From: an uncultured Dehalococcoidia bacterium | GTDB taxonomy: Bacteria > Chloroflexota > Dehalococcoidia > Lucifugimonadales > UBA826 | DNA: 64,000 nucleotides | Assembly: GCA_964409595.1 (NCBI GenBank) | Contig: CAYPDR010000024.1 | Coordinates: 63,808-127,807 of the forward strand | Direction of reading: 5' to 3' | In this document: positions 47,304-56,455 of the stretch, one piece after another | How positions within the stretch are numbered: the first letter of the stretch is position 1 | How the letters are laid out: every line of letters begins with the position of its first letter | The notes under the pieces: generated by a model | The model's database searches: none | The model's input: only the letters and a program-made list of their open reading frames with translations | Told to the model about the DNA's origin: nothing | Made by a program: the position numbers and the translations under genes

Positions 47304-48527
47304 TCATAACCATCTCAACTTTTTCGATCTGTCTTTCCCAGACGTGAAAAACCTGATGTTTCTGGCCTCCAAAGCGTCCTCCACCAAATTGATGAAATAG
47401 GTCCTGTCTGCTGTAGATATAACCGCTTGCTCATGGGCCTCTATCAGGCAAGCGGGATATCCAGACCCAAGTTCGCATTGGTCCAAAACCACAGAATGAA
47501 CTAAATCTACCTTACGGGTATCCTCAGCTACCCAGAGAGGTATTTCAACTCTCGCTATTTCTTCGCCTACCTTCATGTAAAAAAAATTCACTTCATTGTC
47601 GCCGTAATAAGTTTTCACTAGTTGGGAACTACTTCCAAATATTGGAGTTCTAAACCCCTCATCCAAAGATTCTTCAAACAAATTTCTATCTTTCAATCCC
47701 AGGGTTGGTGCATCGCAAGGTCTCTTCTCAACCCCTTCGTTTCTGCAATAATTTCGACAATCAGACGTATTAAAAGGGCAAGCTAAAAGACGTATTCCAT
47801 CCATAACCTCGGTACTTCCGGGAAAGCTTATATAGCTGGCCACAATTACTTGCCTATCCTCACTATATCTCCTTATATCGTCTAATGCCTTAACGAATCT
47901 CTCTTCAAGAACGCTACGTATAACAAAGTCTTGGACTCCAGCACGGAGCAAGTCAAGCATAACTAAAGTACCGTCCATGAGCCCTACAATCGGAAGCTGT
48001 GAGTCCGATATTTCTTCGGTTTGGATTTTGCTCACTAACGCTTCGATTTCATGAACTGCCCTTATCGCACCAAGTACAGTCCCTTGGATTGGGACATATC
48101 TATGAGGATTAGCGGGATCGGTTAGTATCGTGTCCGAATTTCCGGAAAACAATTTGGGAAAGCTCTCTATCTCAGCTATAGGGTCCAAACCATATTTTAG
48201 TGTGGCTATGCCTGTATTGATTAAAAAGCAGCTGACAGGTATGTGGCGATTTACATCAATATGAGATCCATCTACTCCTATGGCAACGTAGTTGATAGGT
48301 TTTTCAGGAGATGGTATTGACTCAGACGGTTTAATTGGAAAGTCAGGAGAGGACCATTGAAATAGATTGAGAGAAGCATTTCTCCTTTCTGTAAATTTAT
48401 CCACTTCGAATTTAGCAAGGAGCTCTGAAGCAGCTGTTACCCGACCAATAACAGCCTCATTGGAATCCTTGAGGCCATCAGCCATTTTATCAAGTTGCAA
48501 TGCCGTCTTAGAAAGATCAAGGGCCAA
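47304..48527 (-). CDS. NurA-like nuclease
   Basis: 407 aa with NurA-type motifs AIGVDGSHI, GLMDGTLVM and GYPACLIEAHEQAVIS. The TTG start abuts the upstream TAA; an alternative ATG lies 14 codons downstream. Confidence 0.7.
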   Translation of the reverse strand: MALDLSKTALQLDKMADGLKDSNEAVIGRVTAASELLAKFEVDKFTERRNASLNLFQWSSPDFPIKPSESIPSPEKPINYVAIGVDGSHIDVNRHIPVSCFLINTGIATLKYGLDPIAEIESFPKLFSGNSDTILTDPANPHRYVPIQGTVLGAIRAVHEIEALVSKIQTEEISDSQLPIVGLMDGTLVMLDLLRAGVQDFVIRSVLEERFVKALDDIRRYSEDRQVIVASYISFPGSTEVMDGIRLLACPFNTSDCRNYCRNEGVEKRPCDAPTLGLKDRNLFEESLDEGFRTPIFGSSSQLVKTYYGDNEVNFFYMKVGEEIARVEIPLWVAEDTRKVDLVHSVVLDQCELGSGYPACLIEAHEQAVISTADRTYFINLVEDALEARNIRFFTSGKDRSKKLRWL

Positions 48528-49025
48528 TTAAACAACTCCAAACGTGTCATCTTTAAACACTATCGACAACGTCCCTGAAGAAAGGGACGCACCTGACATC
48601 CTTTTCATAGTTTTTACAACTTGCCTGTAACGTTTTGTTAAAGGAGTGTCTTTGGACGATCTATTGTCTGCTACAGCAAATCCCCAAAGACTGGTTTGTG
48701 CGTTCCCATTGAGAAAGTTGTTGAGTCCGTTGACAAAAGTGGTGACAACAAGAGCAGTAAAATCAATCAAATTTGCATTTTCGTGTCGGTTAGTGAAATA
48801 CATCAATATACAGGTGTGATTATCAAGAGTACTTATCGTCTGGCAAAGTACAGGAGACTCTCCGCCCTCCATAGTATCAGAGGTATCTTCCGACTGAACG
48901 GCGGTCTCACGCAGAGCAGCCTGCATTACTCTTAGAAGATTAGAAAGGTAAGAAACAGATATAGACTCCGATGGCAACGAGACCTTCAATACCACCCTCG
49001 CTTCGTTTCCTTTTTTTTGTAACAT
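48528..49025 (-). CDS. Hypothetical protein (first gene of the HerA/NurA module)
   Basis: 165-aa ORF with no motif I recognise. Its ATG lies 20 nt after the selB stop, and its stop abuts the NurA-like start. Coding is supported by this tight operon context. Confidence 0.5.
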   Translation of the reverse strand: MLQKKGNEARVVLKVSLPSESISVSYLSNLLRVMQAALRETAVQSEDTSDTMEGGESPVLCQTISTLDNHTCILMYFTNRHENANLIDFTALVVTTFVNGLNNFLNGNAQTSLWGFAVADNRSSKDTPLTKRYRQVVKTMKRMSGASLSSGTLSIVFKDDTFGVV

Positions 49026-49045
49026 TGTTTTTCACCGACGAATTT

Positions 49046-50908
49046 TCAACGAAGAATTCTTACATCCCCAACTCTTCTTGTTATCTGTTGCTGATCCATG
49101 TGGTCCATGAGTGCTAGAGAGTATTTCCTGCTAGTACTGAACATGTCCCTGACATCTGCGATGGATATTTCACCGTTCATGCGGATATAGTCACGGACCT
49201 TATTCAGCATGCTGTCATAAGATTCCGCAGCAAAAATTACTCCGTCTGAAACCCTGACGACCTCCCCAGTCTCTATAAGGTAGTTAACAATCTCTTGATC
49301 CAGATCCTGATTCGTGGGAGGTGCAAATGGATTTAAGTTCAAGGTTCCAACATATCGTTGGGCTTCTATTTCTTGATCCTTCGATAACAAAGACACATGG
49401 TTTTCCAATGCGATCAATGATGCTTGCTCTTTGATCGCGCCCCCATTAACCAACATAACAATAACATCATTGTAAACTGAGTTTTCTAAACCAAGCCTAC
49501 TCCTAAGCTCCTCTCTAGGCACACCTCCGCGGAGAGGAAATTTCGCATGGAATTCTTTCAACAAGGAAAGTAACGATTTTCTCAAATTGTCCCAGTGAGT
49601 ATCTGCAAAAAAATTTGCAATTTCCAATTGAACTCTTGTTGCAACAATCCGATGACTTGAAACAAGTTTACCTAGCTCTGCAATAATCTTTGGTTTCTCA
49701 ATATTTGTAGAGTTGGAGACAAATTCTACATTTACTGGAGTAAGACCAGACGATTCAATCACATTAAGAACAATATCTTCTGAACTTCCTAATTCCAAAG
49801 TTCGGAGCCTTCGTAATGTGGGTTCGTGCCGACGCCGATGTCTCTTGGCCCGAGGCTCAATGACAGACCCGCCACCAAGGGTTGTCATATTTGACCGAAT
49901 TACAAAATAATCTCCCTTAACCAATGGTAATGGGGATTCTGGTTTCATCTGTGCCCATCCAGTCGCCCCTGGTTCTAGAACATCTCCTTCGAGCAATCTA
50001 AGTCTGGTTACGGTTTCACTACTGCCTGTATGAAGCGTCACAAACATATTGTGGCGTAATTCGTTCGGTGCCTCAGGCAACACCTTCAGCTGAACATCAA
50101 AAGCCTCGCTTGGTCTCAACCATCCCGGTGAAGTAAGTACTTCGCCTCTCATAATTTCATTTTGGTCTATCCCGGATATATTCGCTGCGACCCGAGTGCC
50201 TGGTTCTGCAGCGGGTTCTTTTCTCTTGTGAGTCTGCAAACCTCTGATCCTAGCCCCCTTGCCCGAAGGTGCGAGAACTACGTCTTGCCCCACACTTAAG
50301 GATCCGTCTATCAACGTGCCCGTTACTACGGTTCCAAATCCGGTAACAGTGAATACTCTGTCTATAGGCAATCTGGGTCGACCTACATCCCGCCTAACTT
50401 GGGAGTCGGTCAACATCTGGTCCATCGTTGCTACTAGCTCCTCAATACCTTCACCAGTCTCGGCCGACACAGGACAAATCGGGGAGTTCTCCAGATGGGT
50501 TCCCTCGATTAGTTCTTCTACGTCTTTAGCAACTAGTTGTAACCATTCTTCGTCTACCAGATCTTTCTTCGTCAAAGCAATGATCCCTTTTCCAACTCCT
50601 AAAAGGTCGAGAATAGCCAGATGTTCCCTAGTTTGAGGCATCACTGATTCATCTGCTGCCACCACCAACATGGCTATGTCAATTCCTCCGACACCAGCAA
50701 GCATATTATTGACGAAGCGTTCATGACCAGGCACATCGACAATGGAAACTTCTCCCCCCACTGGCAAAGTAAACCACGCAAACCCCAAATCAATCGTCAT
50801 ACCGCGATTTTTTTCTTCCTGGAGACGATCAGGATCAATACCAGTGAGTGCTCTAACCAAAGTAGATTTCCCGTGATCTACATGACCAGCAGTCCCAACA
50901 ACAAACAA
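49046..50908 (-). CDS. selB: Selenocysteine-specific translation elongation factor SelB
   Basis: 620 aa. EF-Tu-like G domain ([25 protein letters not shown]). The long C-terminal winged-helix extension ending ...[27 protein letters not shown] is typical of bacterial SelB. TTG start. Confidence 0.9.
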   Translation of the reverse strand: MFVVGTAGHVDHGKSTLVRALTGIDPDRLQEEKNRGMTIDLGFAWFTLPVGGEVSIVDVPGHERFVNNMLAGVGGIDIAMLVVAADESVMPQTREHLAILDLLGVGKGIIALTKKDLVDEEWLQLVAKDVEELIEGTHLENSPICPVSAETGEGIEELVATMDQMLTDSQVRRDVGRPRLPIDRVFTVTGFGTVVTGTLIDGSLSVGQDVVLAPSGKGARIRGLQTHKRKEPAAEPGTRVAANISGIDQNEIMRGEVLTSPGWLRPSEAFDVQLKVLPEAPNELRHNMFVTLHTGSSETVTRLRLLEGDVLEPGATGWAQMKPESPLPLVKGDYFVIRSNMTTLGGGSVIEPRAKRHRRRHEPTLRRLRTLELGSSEDIVLNVIESSGLTPVNVEFVSNSTNIEKPKIIAELGKLVSSHRIVATRVQLEIANFFADTHWDNLRKSLLSLLKEFHAKFPLRGGVPREELRSRLGLENSVYNDVIVMLVNGGAIKEQASLIALENHVSLLSKDQEIEAQRYVGTLNLNPFAPPTNQDLDQEIVNYLIETGEVVRVSDGVIFAAESYDSMLNKVRDYIRMNGEISIADVRDMFSTSRKYSLALMDHMDQQQITRRVGDVRILR

Positions 50909-51115
50909 AGCTACACCTCACAATTGATGTACTGTAATCTCAAAAATACTAGGACTGCCAAAGAATAGCATAGGGGAACAATCGAATACGTAAATCCGAA
51001 ATGTATATACCCGGTTGGTTTTCCTCCATTCGCTCCTTAGTAGATTGCGTGTGAAATGACCCTTTGTTATGTTTGTTCAACTAACTGCTCACTTCACAAG
51101 AAAAGGAGTCGGAAA

Positions 51116-52303
51116 ATGAAAGAAGCCGTCATAATCAGCGGAGCGAGAACTCCAGTCGCTAAATTCGGAGGCGCCTTTAAAAATATAAGTGCTCCTGATC
51201 TGGGATCAGCTGCGATCAAAACCGCTCTAGCCCGAGCCGGTATATCACCTGACCTAGTCCAAGAAGTCGTGATAGGAAATGCTGTACAGGCAGCGGAGGC
51301 GGGGTATGCCGCACGACTAGCGTCTCTCAGATCAGGTATCCCAGAAGAGGTTCCTACAATCGCCATAAACAGACAATGCTCCTCCGGATTGGAAGCGATT
51401 AACATAGCCGCTCAATTGATCAAAGCGGGGGAAGCAGAAATTATAGTTGCAGGTGGCACCGAAAATATGAGTCAAGTGCCATTTCTCATAGATTACAAGG
51501 CTAGGTTCGATGGGCTTCGGATGGGAAATTCTACGCTTGTCGATGGATTGACTGAAGGGTTGGGATGTCCTGTGAACAGGTACCACATGGGCGTAACAGC
51601 AGAAAACGTGGCCGAAAGGTTCGGAGTGTCACGAGAGACCCAAGATGAGCTCGCCTACATCAGCCATAGACGGGCAAGTAATGCAGTTTCAGAGGGGCGG
51701 TTCGATAAACAAATAACAGAAATAAAGGTTCCCCAAAGACGTTCAGATCCTATAACCGTAGTGACGGACGAAGGACCGAGGGCAGACACAACAATTGAAA
51801 GCCTGTCAACACTAAAACCGGTATTCAAGAAAGATGGTTCCGTGACTGCTGGAAACTCTTCAAGCATCAATGATGGGGCGGCGGCCGTCGTGATGATGTC
51901 TTCTGAAAAAGCATCTGAACTCGGACTAAAAGCGAGAATGAAATGGCATACTCGGGGAGTGGCAGGTGTTGAACCAGCAATTATGGGCACCGGACCAGTG
52001 CCCGCGGTCCGGAAGGTACTTAGCAAGGCTGGGATGAGCATATCTGACGTCGATGTAGTGGAGTTGAATGAGGCCTTTGCTTCCCAGGCCATCTACTGTA
52101 TGAGGGAATTGGGACTAGACGAGGACAAAACCAACCCGAATGGAAGCGGCATTAGCTTAGGGCACCCCATAGGAGCTACGGGCGCCATTATGACCGTCAA
52201 AATTATGGAAGAGATGGAGAGGAACGATTCAACCGTTGGATTAGTCACTATGTGCGTAGGCGGCGGGCAAGGGGTAGCGACATTATTCGAGAGACTTAAC
52301 TGA
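51116..52303 (+). CDS. Acetyl-CoA C-acetyltransferase (thiolase II)
   Basis: MKEAVIISGARTP... with the active-site Cys region INRQCSSGLEAI, and C-terminal NPNGSGISLGHPIGATG and CVGGGQG motifs. The ATG at 51116 follows AAAGGAG. Confidence 0.9.
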   Translation: MKEAVIISGARTPVAKFGGAFKNISAPDLGSAAIKTALARAGISPDLVQEVVIGNAVQAAEAGYAARLASLRSGIPEEVPTIAINRQCSSGLEAINIAAQLIKAGEAEIIVAGGTENMSQVPFLIDYKARFDGLRMGNSTLVDGLTEGLGCPVNRYHMGVTAENVAERFGVSRETQDELAYISHRRASNAVSEGRFDKQITEIKVPQRRSDPITVVTDEGPRADTTIESLSTLKPVFKKDGSVTAGNSSSINDGAAAVVMMSSEKASELGLKARMKWHTRGVAGVEPAIMGTGPVPAVRKVLSKAGMSISDVDVVELNEAFASQAIYCMRELGLDEDKTNPNGSGISLGHPIGATGAIMTVKIMEEMERNDSTVGLVTMCVGGGQGVATLFERLN

Positions 52304-52427
52304 TCAATTGGGGTCAATCAATGAGAACATGTATGACTCCCACTCCAAAAAATGAAGAGGTCTTTGAAGATAGAGGTCACGACCTAAGGACTCCTCGATT
52401 CCATCAATAAACAGGCGGAGAATGGAA

Positions 52428-53615
52428 CTAGATAGGGGACTGAATCAGATCCAAATATTTCAAACCAGAACCAGTGTTCAGAAGTAACACTTGCTCGGTC
52501 GTAGAAATATTTCCATTATGAATAAATTTGCGCAGTCCTACCGCGGTTGCTGCTCCCTCTGGGCAAACAAACATACCTTCCTTTGAAGCAACCACTCCAA
52601 TCATGTCGATGATCTCATCGTCTGAAACGGTGATTGCCCCTCCACCACTCTCTCTCAGCGCTCTTAATATAAGATAATCCCCGACGGCTCCTGGGACCCG
52701 GATACCGGCAGCTAATGTCTCTGCATCCTTCCAAGGCTCAGCAAATTCATCTCCGTTCTCAAACGCTCGTACGATAGGAGCGCAACCACTAGCTTGTACA
52801 GCATACATCTTAGGCCGTTCTGGACCGATCCATCCAAGATTCTCCATTTCCTCAAAGGCTTTCCACATGCCCACAATTCCGGTACCGCCACCAGTCGGAT
52901 AAATAATCGAATCAGGTAATTTCCAGTCCAATTGTTCCGCAATCTCGTAGCCCATAGTCTTTTTACCTTCCACCCTATAAGGCTCTTGAAGAGTAGAAAC
53001 GTCAAATAAATCCAGTTCAGAAGCTCTTTGCCGGGAAATAACACCAGCATCACTTATGAGACCATCTACAAGATTTAAGTTCCCACCTGTGATGGAAACC
53101 TCTATCAGGTTCGCCTCAGGTGCGTCTTTGGGCATAAAAACATAGGCCTCCATACCCGCCCGTGCCGCATAAGAGGACATTGCTCCAGCTGCGTTACCAG
53201 CCGATGGCATGGTTAATCTTAAAACTCCCAATTCTTTAGCTTTCGAAACAGCAGCGGAAAGACCTCTCGCTTTAAATGACGCGGTTGGGTTAAGTCCCTC
53301 ATCTTTAATGAGCAAATTGGAGGAATCACACATTTCCCCAAGGCGTTTCACCCGAAATATAGGGGTGAAACCTTCCCCCAACGTCACCACATTTGACCAC
53401 TCTCTGACAGGCAACATTTCAAAATATCGCCACATATTGGGAGACCGATCTATCAGTTTTTCTTTAACAAAATGTTTCCTCGCAGAAGCAATGTCATATC
53501 TGGGATAAAGCACTTTTCCACACAATTCACAGAGTCTATAAAGTCTTTCCGGGGAAAAAAGCTCTCCGCAATATGTGCATTCCAAATGAGTGAGAAAACT
53601 GTGCATTGTCGACAC
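52428..53615 (-). CDS. thrC: Threonine synthase (PLP fold-type II)
   Basis: 395 aa. N-terminal Zn-ribbon-like CTYCGE...CELCG, PLP-lysine region NPTASFKARG, and a GGGTG-type glycine loop (PTGGGTGIVG). Confidence 0.8.
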   Translation of the reverse strand: MSTMHSFLTHLECTYCGELFSPERLYRLCELCGKVLYPRYDIASARKHFVKEKLIDRSPNMWRYFEMLPVREWSNVVTLGEGFTPIFRVKRLGEMCDSSNLLIKDEGLNPTASFKARGLSAAVSKAKELGVLRLTMPSAGNAAGAMSSYAARAGMEAYVFMPKDAPEANLIEVSITGGNLNLVDGLISDAGVISRQRASELDLFDVSTLQEPYRVEGKKTMGYEIAEQLDWKLPDSIIYPTGGGTGIVGMWKAFEEMENLGWIGPERPKMYAVQASGCAPIVRAFENGDEFAEPWKDAETLAAGIRVPGAVGDYLILRALRESGGGAITVSDDEIIDMIGVVASKEGMFVCPEGAATAVGLRKFIHNGNISTTEQVLLLNTGSGLKYLDLIQSPI

Positions 53616-53792
53616 CTTATCTATTTCAAGACAAATTACTTAGCGATTAGCAAAATGCTTTTAAAGTCCTATATGTTACGTCCAACGACCTAATAGGGAA
53701 TATATATTTTCTCTCCAAGCGTATAGAGATATGATACAACCGAGTAATAGAAGAAGCTGCTACCAAATTCGCTATTTGAAGGAAGAACGTCC

Positions 53793-55121
53793 GTGACTAC
53801 ACCCATTGAACAAAAATTCATCGACCTTCATCCCGGGTCGGCCGAGAGGCATGAGCGCGCGTTGAGTATTTTTCCAAATGGGGTGACCCATGACGCGAGG
53901 CGTCAAAACCCGTTCCAACTATACTACACTCACGCCTCCGGACCGCACAAATATGATGTAGACGGACACAAAATCATAGACTTTTGGAGTGGTCACGGGT
54001 CACTGATATTAGGTCATTCCAATCCATCAATAGTGCAAGCGGTTCAAAACCAAATTTCAAAAGGCACCCATCTAAGCGGATCGACCGATCTAGAAATAGA
54101 GTGGGCGGAATTAGTAAGAGAGTTGATTCCGAGTGCAGAAAAAATCCGATTTCACAGTTCAGGAACCGAGGCGGATATGATGGCTATCCGAATGGCACGG
54201 GCGTATACGGGGAAAACTAAAGTAATCAAGTTCCAAGACCATTTCCATGGGTGGAGCGACTATGTAGCTGCAGGAAATGAAGGAGTGGGAGGAATACCAG
54301 AGGAAACCCTTTCTACTATGATTGTACTTCCGCCTAATGACATATCTATAGTGGAACAAACTCTTTTAAAAGATGTCGATGTTGCTGCAATCATACTAGA
54401 ACCTACTGGAGCCCATATGGGACTCGAGCCTATTTTGCCTTCTTTCCTTCAGGAATTGAGAAAAGTGACAACAAAGCATGGCGTCATTTTGATCTTCGAC
54501 GAAGTAGTCACCGGATTTCGGATATCAAAGGGGGGAGCGCAAGAGTTCTACGATGTGACCCCCGATATGACAACACTGGCTAAGATACTTGGGGGCGGGC
54601 TTCCTGGGGGCGCGGTCGCTGGCAGGGCGGACATAATAAATATGATAGAACCCACCGTAGACCCTGACTGGAATAATAAACGCCGAATAGCCCACAACGG
54701 CACCTTCAACGCAAACCCTCTTTCTGCAATCGCAGGAATCACTGCTCTAAATAAATTGCGCGCCGAACCAATTAATGAAATCGCGACCAGCATGGGTAAT
54801 AAACTCAAGAATGACCTCAATGGACTACTTACCAAACTGGAAATTCCTGGATGCGCGAGCGGGTTAAACTCACTGATCCACTTGAGATTAGGTTCAGACC
54901 ACCAATGTGACAGAGAAATATGTGTTCTCACGCCCGAAGAAATGTTAAAAACAACTGACTCGAATAGGAATTCGCAACTCAATCTGGCATTATTGAACCA
55001 TGGGGTTCACTCAGGAACAAGGTTCATACTAGGCGCCACACATTCTGAAAGTGACATAAAATATACGGTGGATGCTTTTGAAGCAGCATTGACGGAACTC
55101 AGAGAGCAGGGCTCATTGTAA
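53793..55121 (+). CDS. Class-III aminotransferase (glutamate-1-semialdehyde aminomutase-like)
   Basis: 442 aa with SGTEADMMAIRMAR, IFDEVVTGFR and TLAKILGGGLP (PLP Lys) motifs. GTG start. Confidence 0.82.
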   Translation: MTTPIEQKFIDLHPGSAERHERALSIFPNGVTHDARRQNPFQLYYTHASGPHKYDVDGHKIIDFWSGHGSLILGHSNPSIVQAVQNQISKGTHLSGSTDLEIEWAELVRELIPSAEKIRFHSSGTEADMMAIRMARAYTGKTKVIKFQDHFHGWSDYVAAGNEGVGGIPEETLSTMIVLPPNDISIVEQTLLKDVDVAAIILEPTGAHMGLEPILPSFLQELRKVTTKHGVILIFDEVVTGFRISKGGAQEFYDVTPDMTTLAKILGGGLPGGAVAGRADIINMIEPTVDPDWNNKRRIAHNGTFNANPLSAIAGITALNKLRAEPINEIATSMGNKLKNDLNGLLTKLEIPGCASGLNSLIHLRLGSDHQCDREICVLTPEEMLKTTDSNRNSQLNLALLNHGVHSGTRFILGATHSESDIKYTVDAFEAALTELREQGSL

Positions 55122-55135
55122 TATCACAGGTTTTT

Positions 55136-56077
55136 ATGAAAGAACGAGACTTAATAGTTATTGGAGGCGGAGTCGCTGGGTTGACAGCTAGCATATTTGC
55201 CGCTCGGCTTGGTCTTGACACGTTATTGTTGGAAAGACTCATGCCAGGCGGTCAGGTTATAAACGCTGAAACCGTCGAAGACTTTCCAGGCTTTCCAGAT
55301 GGAATTTCTGGAGCGGACCTCATAGCCAAAATTCAAGAGCAAGCAATGAAGTCAGGCGCCGAAATAGTATTGTCAGAAGTAATTAATATCGCCCCCTTGG
55401 GTAAATCGTGGAAAGTAACTACACATGAGGGAACCCGAATCGCCAAATCTGTCATAGTAGCTGGAGGATCCAGCCTAAAAAAGCTTGGCGTTCCGGGTGA
55501 AGAAGAGCTCACAGGCTCCGGTGTTTCATATTGTGCAACATGCGACGGAGCATTTTTCATCAACCAGAACGTCTGTGTTGTAGGTGGCGGTGATTCAGCT
55601 TTGGAAGAGGCCCTAACATTAACAGAGTTTGCCTCGCACGTAGACGTCTATTGCAGAGACAGTTCCTTACACGGACAGTGGGTTTTACAAAACAGACTGA
55701 TGCAAGAAAAAAAAGTCTCTGTTCATTACGATGTAGAGATCACCGAAATACATGGAACTGAAATGGTGAACAGCGTGTCCTTAAAAAGTAGGACATCAGG
55801 AACTACAACTCTCGTTAATATAGATGGAGTTTTCGTATTCGTCGGACTTAACCCTAATACAGAATACCTGACCGGTACATTTGAGTTAGACAGTGGTAGG
55901 CATATAAAGACCGATTCGGCAATGAGGACTTCTTCACCGGGACTTCTAGCTGCAGGTGACATACGAAGAAATTCAGCTTCTCAACTTGTTACGGTTTCTG
56001 GAGATGGAGCAACTGCCGCATTATCAGCATTTAATTATGTTGCGAATGGAGTGTGGCAAGAAAAACAAGGGTCGTGA
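55136..56077 (+). CDS. trxB: Thioredoxin-disulfide reductase
   Basis: 313 aa with GGGVAGLTA FAD motif, redox-active CATCDG, and GGGDSALEEA NADPH motif. Confidence 0.9.
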   Translation: MKERDLIVIGGGVAGLTASIFAARLGLDTLLLERLMPGGQVINAETVEDFPGFPDGISGADLIAKIQEQAMKSGAEIVLSEVINIAPLGKSWKVTTHEGTRIAKSVIVAGGSSLKKLGVPGEEELTGSGVSYCATCDGAFFINQNVCVVGGGDSALEEALTLTEFASHVDVYCRDSSLHGQWVLQNRLMQEKKVSVHYDVEITEIHGTEMVNSVSLKSRTSGTTTLVNIDGVFVFVGLNPNTEYLTGTFELDSGRHIKTDSAMRTSSPGLLAAGDIRRNSASQLVTVSGDGATAALSAFNYVANGVWQEKQGS

Positions 56078-56445
56078 ACTGGCTTCTGGTAGCACTGGGT
56101 GGCAGTTTAGGAGCTGTGTGCCGTTATGCTCTCGACAAAAGTATCGGTGGAGAATTAGGCAGTACCCTATTAGGAACATTCACCGCAAATATTAGTGGCT
56201 CGTTATTACTTGGTATATTCATGGGAATTGCATCTGCTAGGGTTGGTTGGCCGCAAAGTTACAATTTACTAATCGCTGTAGGGTTTTGCGGTTCATTTAC
56301 GACATTTTCAACCGTCACAGTCGCCAGCATTAAAATCATGGAAGATGGCGATTACTTAAAAGCACTTCTAAACGTTGGAGGAAGTGTGTTCGTTGGACTA
56401 ATTGCTGCTTTCCTAGGGCTCTGGATAGGTCGACATGCCTTTTGA
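56053..56445 (+). CDS. crcB: Fluoride ion channel CrcB/FluC
   Basis: Small four-helix protein with LLVALGGSLGAVCRY and GFCGSFTTFST motifs. The start is ambiguous: GTG at 56053, or GTG at 56074 overlapping the trxB stop (GTGA). Confidence 0.85.
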   Translation: MARKTRVVNWLLVALGGSLGAVCRYALDKSIGGELGSTLLGTFTANISGSLLLGIFMGIASARVGWPQSYNLLIAVGFCGSFTTFSTVTVASIKIMEDGDYLKALLNVGGSVFVGLIAAFLGLWIGRHAF

Positions 56446-56455
56446 CCAAAAATTT

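Noticed and set aside
55975-56060. Possible fluoride (crcB-motif) riboswitch upstream of crcB, seen as GGAGAUGGAGCAACUGCC.
   Set aside because: The segment lies inside the trxB coding sequence (SGDGATAALSAFNY). I could not form the P1 helix or the pseudoknot partner. The resemblance is limited to a few nucleotides dictated by the codons.
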